Origin: Nitrososphaera viennensis EN76
Lineage (GTDB): Archaea > Thermoproteota > Nitrososphaeria > Nitrososphaerales > Nitrososphaeraceae
Assembly: GCF_000698785.1 (NCBI RefSeq)
Contig: NZ_CP007536.1
Coordinates: 2,010,001-2,042,000, forward strand
Reading direction: 5' to 3'
Length of the DNA: 32,000 bases
Shown here: in pieces, positions 1 through 6,724 of the stretch
Position numbering within the stretch: position 1 is the stretch's first letter
How the letters are laid out: each line of letters starts with the position of its first letter
The notes under the pieces: generated by a model
What the model was told of the DNA's origin: nothing
The model's input: only the letters and a program-made list of their open reading frames with translations
Database searches by the model: none
Translations under genes and position numbers: made by a program

Positions 1-555
1 ACGATAACGAGGGGCACGTCGGAAAAGGTCCTTGAGATGCTGCGCCACAAGATGCACGTGGTGCACGTACCCCACAGGTTCTACATCAACGAAAAGCACG
101 ACCACGGCGTGCGCCAGACCAGAGTCATCGGCGGCTGCGAGCCCTGCTGCATCGACAAGGCGCGCCAGTTCTACGGCGACCTCTTGGACATACCGCTCCA
201 CCCTGTAGAATCGGTGGAGGTGGCAGAGCTGTGCAAGATAGTGGAAAACTCGTACAGGTTCATGGAGATAGCTTTTGCGGAAGAGCTGAAGATGTTCTGC
301 GACCGCTCTGGCATCAATTTTGCCGATCTCCGCAGCGCGATAAACACGAAATGGAACATCAAGGTACTCGAGCCACGCGATGGCATAGGAGGCCACTGCC
401 TGCCAAAGGACAGCCAGATGTTCCTCAATTTGTCAAAGAGCCTTCTGGAGACAAGCATCATAGACGCGGCAAAGAAGGTGGATGAGGAGTACCGGTCGCA
501 CATCGGCCACCCTGTGCCTCCCGGTAAAGTCCCGTCAATGCAGCAGCTGCACTGA
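1..555 (+). CDS. Nucleotide-sugar dehydrogenase (UDP-glucose/GDP-mannose dehydrogenase family). This is the 3' part of a gene that begins upstream of the window (cassette copy 1).
   Basis: Frame 1 is open from nt 1 (TITRGTSEKVLEM...). It aligns colinearly with the C-terminal ~2/3 of the complete paralog at 3207..4118. It carries the GGHCLPKD catalytic-Cys motif. Confidence 0.85.
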   Translation, partial: TITRGTSEKVLEMLRHKMHVVHVPHRFYINEKHDHGVRQTRVIGGCEPCCIDKARQFYGDLLDIPLHPVESVEVAELCKIVENSYRFMEIAFAEELKMFCDRSGINFADLRSAINTKWNIKVLEPRDGIGGHCLPKDSQMFLNLSKSLLETSIIDAAKKVDEEYRSHIGHPVPPGKVPSMQQLH

Positions 556-568
556 GGAATACAAAAGC

Positions 569-1309
569 ATGAAGCTGGCGCACCTTGGGGCGATAGCCAC
601 GGCAGCAATAGTGGCGGTAGGTGTGGTCCTGGCCTTGGGCCCGGCTTACATGCACACGCTTGACCGCAACAAGCCCCCTCCTGTCATGCTGTCGTTTTCT
701 GTGGTAGACGGCCAGAACGTGCCGCAATGGTGCAAGGACCTTTCTTCCATACTCGCCAAGCACAACGTCAGGGCGACGGTGTTTGTCACCGGCAAGGTTG
801 CAGAGCAGAACCCTGGCTGCGTGACTGCCCTTGCGGCCTACTCGGGAATAGACATCGGGAGCCAGACGTACAGCTACGTCGCCCTGCCGTCCGTGGGAGA
901 CTATACAAAGGCACTCGACGAGGTCAAGCGCGGCAAGCTGGCAGTCGACGCGGCTGGCAACATAAACTCCAAGGTATTCAAGGCGCCCTACGGCGCAACC
1001 GACCAGAACATCTACTCGCTTCTTTCAAGCTCTGGCATTTCAGCCGACTTTTCCTATTCTTCGCAATACAACAAGTTCGAGGGCGGCCAGTTCGTCAAGT
1101 ACGACCTGGTGTCATGCGACAACTGCGGCGAGTCGCCGGACAGGGTGCGCCAGCTCATGGACATGCATTCGCCGGTGATGATAGACATCGACAACACGGC
1201 GCAGCCAAGCGAGATCGAAAGCCTGGTAGTCGCGCTCAAGAACGGCAACGTGAACCTTGTGAACGCGTCCGGGCTCACGGGCCTTGACCTGACGGTGAGA
1301 AACGCATAG
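569..1309 (+). CDS. Membrane-anchored NodB-homology (CE4 polysaccharide deacetylase-like) protein with degenerate catalytic motifs (cassette copy 1)
   Basis: The ATG at 569 gives MKLAHLGAIATAAIVAVGVV, an N-terminal TM helix that matches the start of paralog 4125..4919. CE4-like blocks are present: LSFSVVDG, IGSQTYSY and FKAPYG. The gene starts 13 nt after the upstream stop. Confidence 0.7.
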   Translation: MKLAHLGAIATAAIVAVGVVLALGPAYMHTLDRNKPPPVMLSFSVVDGQNVPQWCKDLSSILAKHNVRATVFVTGKVAEQNPGCVTALAAYSGIDIGSQTYSYVALPSVGDYTKALDEVKRGKLAVDAAGNINSKVFKAPYGATDQNIYSLLSSSGISADFSYSSQYNKFEGGQFVKYDLVSCDNCGESPDRVRQLMDMHSPVMIDIDNTAQPSEIESLVVALKNGNVNLVNASGLTGLDLTVRNA

Positions 1310-1311
1310 CC

Positions 1312-2793
1312 ATGATTGAGCAACCACCACCATCATCAGACCAGCAACAGCCTCCTCCTCCAGCACAGTCATCATCATCACTACCATCATCATCAACAAT
1401 AACAACCCCGGCGGCCATGTCCGGGCAGCAGATAGGAAAAAGCGGCCGTATTCACGTCAGCAAGAAAGCCTGGGTGGTCAGGTCGCTGACAATCCTTGCA
1501 GTGCTTGGGATAATCGCTTACACCATCGTCCTGAGCCTGCAGATGAACGACTGGTTCATCCTTGCAAGCGTGATATTCCCGCTCCATTCGCTTACCGCGC
1601 TCGTGGTCGGGTGGATATTCTTCAAGTCGCCGGCCACTGGCAAGGCCGGAGACGACCTGGTTACTGTCATCATACCCGTCTATAACCAGAACGTGATGAT
1701 CGAGTCTGTGATAGACGCCGTGTTCCAGTCCACGTACAAGAACCTGGAGGTGGTTGCAGTGGACGACGGAAGCAAGGACGGCACGCAGGAAATCCTCAAC
1801 AGGCTTGCGGCAAAGCACCCTGCGCTAAAGGTGGTCCACAAGAAGAACGAGGGCAAGCGCAAGGCAATCGCTTCTGCGTTCTACAATTCAAAGGGCAACT
1901 TTTTGATATTCATAGACTCTGACAGCATTGTCGACAGAAACGCAATCATGGAACTTTTGAAGGCGTTCAAGGGCGACCCCCGGGTCGGGGCGGTAGTCGG
2001 GCACGCCAAGGTGTGGAACGCCGACAAGAACGCCCTCACAAAGTGCCAGGATGTGTGGTACGATAATTCGTTCAACGTCCGCAAGTCCGCCGAGAGCTAC
2101 TTTGGAAGCGTCATGTGCTGCTCGGGCTGCCTTTCCGGCTACAGGCGCGAGGCGATTGCCGACTATTTGCCGTACTGGACCAAGGCCAAGACGCCGATAG
2201 CCGACGACAGGGAAATGACGTCGTTTGTCATCTCGCCAAACAAGGCAAAGGAGATGATGGCGCCGGCCACGAAAAACATGATGAGGTGGATGGCCCGCTA
2301 CGACGACGCCGAGGACCGCAGCCTGACGGGCCAGGCGCTCCTGGACTGGAAGGCAGTGTACGTCCCGACCGCCCTCGTGTACACCGAGGTGCCGGAGAAG
2401 ATGAGGATGTTTGTAAAGCAGCAAAAGCGCTGGAAGAGGGGCACCATGAGGGTGAACTTTTTCGTCAGCGCCTTTTTCTGGCGCAGAAACCCCGTCATGG
2501 CGTTTCTCATCTTTTACCTCGAATTCATGCACACGTTCATCAGCCCGCTTTTGATAACAACTGCGTTCATCTACGAGCCGCTGATGCTTGGCAACTACTG
2601 GGTGCCGTCTCTTCTGTTTGCCAGCCTGATGCTGATGGGGCTTGCACAGGGCGCCGACTACAAGTTCCGCGACCCAAGCTCAAAGCACTGGTACTACAAG
2701 CCGTTTGAGAACATGCTGGCCGCGTTCGTGCTGAGCTGGCTCATCTTCCCGGCTCTCTGGAGCCTGCGCAAGAACGACTGGGGGACGCGCTGA
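1312..2793 (+). CDS. Processive family-2 glycosyltransferase of the NodC / hyaluronan synthase / chitin synthase type (cassette copy 1)
   Basis: Motifs IPVYNQ, DDGSKDGT, NEGKRKA, IDSDS, CCSGCLSGYRREA, EDRSLT and QQKRWKRG (Q-x-x-R-W). Hydrophobic helices lie before and after the catalytic domain. The start is 2 nt after the upstream stop. Confidence 0.85.
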   Translation: MIEQPPPSSDQQQPPPPAQSSSSLPSSSTITTPAAMSGQQIGKSGRIHVSKKAWVVRSLTILAVLGIIAYTIVLSLQMNDWFILASVIFPLHSLTALVVGWIFFKSPATGKAGDDLVTVIIPVYNQNVMIESVIDAVFQSTYKNLEVVAVDDGSKDGTQEILNRLAAKHPALKVVHKKNEGKRKAIASAFYNSKGNFLIFIDSDSIVDRNAIMELLKAFKGDPRVGAVVGHAKVWNADKNALTKCQDVWYDNSFNVRKSAESYFGSVMCCSGCLSGYRREAIADYLPYWTKAKTPIADDREMTSFVISPNKAKEMMAPATKNMMRWMARYDDAEDRSLTGQALLDWKAVYVPTALVYTEVPEKMRMFVKQQKRWKRGTMRVNFFVSAFFWRRNPVMAFLIFYLEFMHTFISPLLITTAFIYEPLMLGNYWVPSLLFASLMLMGLAQGADYKFRDPSSKHWYYKPFENMLAAFVLSWLIFPALWSLRKNDWGTR

Positions 2794-2795
2794 CG

Positions 2796-2969
2796 ATGCA
2801 GGTCCTGCTGTCCGCAAAATGCCTCCGCTGCGACATACTGCTTGACGGCCGGGAGCAGTTCGTAGGCCACATGATCCACGGACACGAGATGTCCATAGTG
2901 CAGGCAGAGGCTATGTGGAAGTCGGTACACAGCTACGTTGGTGGCGGTGATGATAGAGGCGCCGGCTGA
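2796..2969 (+). CDS. Small C2H2-type zinc-finger protein, 57 aa, absent from the ORF track (cassette copy 1)
   Basis: ATG lies 2 nt after the GT2 stop (tgaCGatg). Translation is MQVLLSAKCLRCDILLDGREQFVGHMIHGHEMSIVQAEAMWKSVHSYVGGGDDRGAG. The C-x2-C-x12-H-x4-H block GREQF(V/I)GHMIHxH is conserved with the ORF after the second GT2 (6433..6714). Confidence 0.65.
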   Translation: MQVLLSAKCLRCDILLDGREQFVGHMIHGHEMSIVQAEAMWKSVHSYVGGGDDRGAG

Positions 2970-2989
2970 TCCGCGATTCCTGCAAATCT

Positions 2990-3026
2990 GAGACGTGCAG
3001 ACAGCAGTACCGCGTCTCATTTTTGT
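2990..3026 (+). terminator. Hairpin plus T-run at the end of cassette copy 1
   Basis: gagacg (2990-2995) pairs with cgtctc (3013-3018) and is followed by atttttgt. A second bulged GC hairpin lies at 3051-3076. Confidence 0.4.
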
Positions 3027-3177
3027 ATAAAACTAAACATGTGTGTGAGTATTGCCTGCCCGGGGCAGGCGGCAATATGTCGGTATATAGTCCCCATTAG
3101 TGGGTATAGATCATGTAAATCCCCAAAAACAGAGTACTGTTATATTATATTCCACCATAAAGTGATTGCATAATCGC

Positions 3178-3189
3178 TTTTAGTAATTT
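3178..3189 (+). promoter_or_regulatory. TATA-like box for the copy-2 operon (possibly a leaderless transcript)
   Basis: ttttagtaattt is centred ~25 nt upstream of the ATG at 3207 in an AT-rich spacer. Confidence 0.3.
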
Positions 3190-3206
3190 GAATAGCTTGC
3201 ATCAAG

Positions 3207-4118
3207 ATGAATAATAACAACAAGGTTTTGGTCATTGGCCTTGGTCAGATAGGCTACAGCAACGCAGAGTACATGACGATGAAAGGACTAAAAGTCGATG
3301 GCTATGACATCAGCGATAAAGCGGTTCAGCGCGCAATCGATGATCAGGTCATCAGGAAAAAGGCGACCAATTTTGCCGGGTATGACTATTACATTATCTG
3401 CATATCCACACACCAGCCAAGTGACATGTTCCAGCCGTACCTTGATGGGCTGTTCGAGATAGCAAGGCAGCTCTCGTACGAGGGCAAGCAGGGAGCGCTT
3501 GTCGGGATAGACAGCACGATAACGAGGGGCACGTCGGAAAAGGTCCTTGAGATGCTGCGCCACAAGATGCACGTGGTGCACGTACCCCACAGGTACTACG
3601 GCCCTGAAAAGCACGACCACGGCGTGAACCAGACACGCGTCATCGGCGGCTGCGAGCCCTGCTGCATCGACAAGGCGCGCCAGTTCTACGGTGACATGCT
3701 GGACATACCGCTCCACCCTGTAGAATCGGTGGAGGTGGCAGAGCTGTGCAAGATAGTGGAAAACTCGTACAGGTTCATGGAGATAGCTTTTGCAGAGGAA
3801 TTAAGGATGTTCTGCGACAGGTCTGGGATAGAGTTCCCGGAGTTGAGGGGAGCGATAAACACAAAGTGGAACATCAAGGTACTCGAGGCACGCGATGGCA
3901 TAGGAGGCCACTGCCTGCCAAAGGACAGCCAGATGTTCCTCAATTTGTCAAAGAACCTTCTGGAGACAAGCATCATAGACGCGGCAAAGAAGGTGGATGA
4001 GGAGTACAGGGCGCACATTACATGCGCAGTTGCTCTACAGCAGAAAGAACAACAGACAAAAAATAAACCACACCTGACGACTGCAAAACCCACGACCATT
4101 CCAATAGTACAGGAATGA
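3207..4118 (+). CDS. Short (303 aa) nucleotide-sugar dehydrogenase, UDP-glucose/GDP-mannose dehydrogenase family (cassette copy 2)
   Basis: N-terminal Rossmann motif VIGLGQIGYS and catalytic GGHCLPKD. The protein ends ~60 aa after the catalytic Cys in a Q/K/T/P-rich tail. Confidence 0.85.
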   Translation: MNNNNKVLVIGLGQIGYSNAEYMTMKGLKVDGYDISDKAVQRAIDDQVIRKKATNFAGYDYYIICISTHQPSDMFQPYLDGLFEIARQLSYEGKQGALVGIDSTITRGTSEKVLEMLRHKMHVVHVPHRYYGPEKHDHGVNQTRVIGGCEPCCIDKARQFYGDMLDIPLHPVESVEVAELCKIVENSYRFMEIAFAEELRMFCDRSGIEFPELRGAINTKWNIKVLEARDGIGGHCLPKDSQMFLNLSKNLLETSIIDAAKKVDEEYRAHITCAVALQQKEQQTKNKPHLTTAKPTTIPIVQE

Positions 4119-4124
4119 CTCGAA

Positions 4125-4919
4125 GTGAAGTTAGCACATGCAGGCATGATAGCTACGGGTGCAGTAATTGTGATTGGGGTTGCCATGATTGTCCCTGCTT
4201 TTACGCAGCATCAGGGTATCGATAACCGAGGAATGGTCATGTTGTCTTTTGACATTTCCCACGCGGGAGACAAGGCGGCCTCATGGTGCAAGGACCTAGC
4301 GTCAACGCTCGCCGCACACAAAGTTGTCAAGGCAACTGTCTTTGTAACCGGTGAGATAGCCGAGAAAAGTCCCGAGTGTGTAACGTCCTTTTCATCAAAT
4401 ACTGGTTTTGACGTAGGAAGTCAGGCGTACAGCTATGTCGACCTCGTCTCTCTAAATAACAACTATACTAGAACGCTTGAAGAGGTTCAGAAAGGTAAAG
4501 AGAGTGTAGATAATGCAGGAAACCTGAATTCACGGCTTTTTAAGGCTCCTTATGGCAAGACTGACGAAAACATTTACTCACTTTTGACCCAAGCAGGCAT
4601 TGTCGCTGACTTTTCCTATGTCAACCACTACAACAAGTACGAAGGGGGACAATTTATCAAATACGACCTCAAGGTCCTCCCCGGAACCGAGGATGGATTT
4701 GAACTCTTTACCATAGTTTCTAACGATGCCAACTTTGTACCAGCCTATCCACAGGAGCCGGTGCCACTAGAGATCACTTTTGACAACTCGATGGAAATAA
4801 AAGAGATAGACAAGTTCCTTTCAGAGCTTGGCACTTCTCCTTACAATAGCAAGATTCGTTTCGTGAGTGCTTCTGATATTGCAGGACTCGACCTCACCGC
4901 AGAAAGGAGGTTGCAATAA
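4125..4919 (+). CDS. Membrane-anchored NodB-homology (CE4-like) protein with degenerate motifs (cassette copy 2)
   Basis: GTG start gives MKLAHAGMIATGAVIVIGVAM (TM helix). Blocks LSFDISHAGD, VGSQAYSY and FKAPYG are present. It is roughly half identical to 569..1309 by eye. Confidence 0.7.
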   Translation: MKLAHAGMIATGAVIVIGVAMIVPAFTQHQGIDNRGMVMLSFDISHAGDKAASWCKDLASTLAAHKVVKATVFVTGEIAEKSPECVTSFSSNTGFDVGSQAYSYVDLVSLNNNYTRTLEEVQKGKESVDNAGNLNSRLFKAPYGKTDENIYSLLTQAGIVADFSYVNHYNKYEGGQFIKYDLKVLPGTEDGFELFTIVSNDANFVPAYPQEPVPLEITFDNSMEIKEIDKFLSELGTSPYNSKIRFVSASDIAGLDLTAERRLQ

Positions 4920-4925
4920 CACACA

Positions 4926-6431
4926 ATGACACGTCCTGGAAAGGCAGAGCGAAGCGTCGAGGAAGGGCTGACGAGCTCAGAATTGCCTTCTTCATTATCA
5001 TCACCATCGTCAGAGACGCCATCATCCTTGATTTCAACTCATAAATGCGAGCAAAAGGTGTCGTCAAGTGGCCGCATACTGGTGCCAAAACGCGCGTGGG
5101 TGATAAGGATACTGTCAATAGTTACCCTGAGCCTGGTAACAATCTACAACGTGTACCAGGGGATGCTGCTCAGCGACCCGCTCGTAGTGTATTCCACGCT
5201 GATGCCACTGCATGCGTTGCTGGTATTTGCATGCGGATGGGCTCTCTACAAGAATCCTGCGAAGGGCAGGATCAGAGACGAGCTTGTTTCAGTGGTGATA
5301 CCAGTATACAACCAGAAAGAGATGATCAGGATCGTAATCAACGCGGTTTTCCAGTCCACATACAAGAACATCGAGGTAGTTGCGGTAAATGACGGAAGCA
5401 AGGACGGCACGCGCGAGATACTGAACGAGCTGGCAAAAGATTACCCTGGTCTTAAAGTGATTCACAAAACCAACGAAGGCAAGCGCAAGGCAGTGGCGGC
5501 AGGATTTTCTGCGTCAAAAGGCAGGTATGTAATCCTGATAGATTCTGACAGCGTGATGGACAAAAATGCAATAACAGAATTCATGAAGGCGTTCAGCGCG
5601 GACACCCGAATCGGAGGAGTGGTGGGCTACGCCAAGGTCTGGAATGCAGACAAGAACGTCCTTACAAGGTGTCAGGATGCCTGGTATGACTATGCCTTTA
5701 ACATTCACAAGACATGCGAGAGCGCCTTTGGAAACGTGCTGTGCTGCTCCGGGTGCCTGGCTGGATACAGGCGCGAGGCTATAGTCGATTTTATACCGTA
5801 CTGGACGCGCGCAAAGATACACAACAGCGACGACAGGGACCTTACCTCCTTTGCCCTAGCAACCAAGTGGGCCAAGAAAGAGTTAGTGCCAACTCTTGGA
5901 GAAAAAATCACGACAAAACTGGCGAACGCAATGGCAGGCTACGATGATTCCGAAGACCGAGCCCTTACGTCGCATGCCATCGTGGAATGGAAGACCGTCT
6001 ATGTCTCTACTGCCATAGTGTACACCGATGTGCCAGAGAGGATGAAGGGATATCTGAAGCAGCAAAAGAGGTGGAAGAAGGGGTACATCCGGTCCAACTT
6101 TTACGTAAGTGCATTTTTCTGGCGCAAACCCCTCATAATGTCGCTGATATTCTACACAGAGTTCCTGGCGACATTCACCGCCCCATTGATAACCCTCATA
6201 GTATTCCTGTACGAGCCTTTGATACTTGGGCAGTTCTGGTTACCCGGAGTCTTCCTCCTGGGCTCTGTCTTGGTGGGGTTTATTCAGGGACTAGACTACA
6301 AGTTCCGCGATCCAGGCGCCAAGAACTGGAAGTACAAGCCGCTCATGAACCTTGTCACGACGTTCGTGTTATCGTGGATGATATTCTTCGCGCTGTGGAA
6401 CTACAGGAAGAACGAGTGGCTGACAAGGTGA
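4926..6431 (+). CDS. Processive GT2 synthase, NodC/hyaluronan-synthase-like (cassette copy 2)
   Basis: IPVYNQ, NDGSKDGT, NEGKRKA, IDSDS, CCSGCLAGYRREA, EDRALT and QQKRWKKG. The architecture matches 1312..2793. Confidence 0.85.
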   Translation: MTRPGKAERSVEEGLTSSELPSSLSSPSSETPSSLISTHKCEQKVSSSGRILVPKRAWVIRILSIVTLSLVTIYNVYQGMLLSDPLVVYSTLMPLHALLVFACGWALYKNPAKGRIRDELVSVVIPVYNQKEMIRIVINAVFQSTYKNIEVVAVNDGSKDGTREILNELAKDYPGLKVIHKTNEGKRKAVAAGFSASKGRYVILIDSDSVMDKNAITEFMKAFSADTRIGGVVGYAKVWNADKNVLTRCQDAWYDYAFNIHKTCESAFGNVLCCSGCLAGYRREAIVDFIPYWTRAKIHNSDDRDLTSFALATKWAKKELVPTLGEKITTKLANAMAGYDDSEDRALTSHAIVEWKTVYVSTAIVYTDVPERMKGYLKQQKRWKKGYIRSNFYVSAFFWRKPLIMSLIFYTEFLATFTAPLITLIVFLYEPLILGQFWLPGVFLLGSVLVGFIQGLDYKFRDPGAKNWKYKPLMNLVTTFVLSWMIFFALWNYRKNEWLTR

Positions 6432-6432
6432 G

Positions 6433-6714
6433 ATGGGGATGATGATGGAAGTAGAGACAGAGATGGAAAGTAGCATGGTGAAGCGGCGGGAAAATTACTC
6501 TGCAAACTGTGGATTCTGTGACCTCGTTCTCGTCGGAAGAGAGCAGTTCATAGGTCACATGATCCATAGCCACGACCTTCAATGCGAGCAAGCCGGCCGG
6601 CTGTGGAGAGCATTAGAGGAGCGCAGAGGCAGCATTTCTCAACAAAGAGGTTTTGTAAATCTTGTGCAATCTAGCAGTAGATGCCATTTCTCTGTAGACA
6701 ACAGCGGAGTGTGA
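6433..6714 (+). CDS. Small C2H2-type zinc-finger protein (cassette copy 2)
   Basis: It starts 1 nt after the GT2 stop. The CGFCDLVLVGREQFIGHMIHSH block is conserved with 2796..2969. The true start may be the internal ATG at 6475 (MVKRRENYSANCGFC). Confidence 0.6.
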   Translation: MGMMMEVETEMESSMVKRRENYSANCGFCDLVLVGREQFIGHMIHSHDLQCEQAGRLWRALEERRGSISQQRGFVNLVQSSSRCHFSVDNSGV

Positions 6715-6724
6715 CCTAATAACA

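Noticed and set aside
2694-3020. 108-aa minus-strand ORF covering the GT2 3' end and the region after it
   Set aside because: It overlaps the GT2 C-terminus and the conserved 57-aa plus-strand zinc-finger ORF, and it runs through the terminator hairpin. It has no paralogous counterpart at the equivalent position after the second GT2, where the plus-strand ORF is the conserved one.
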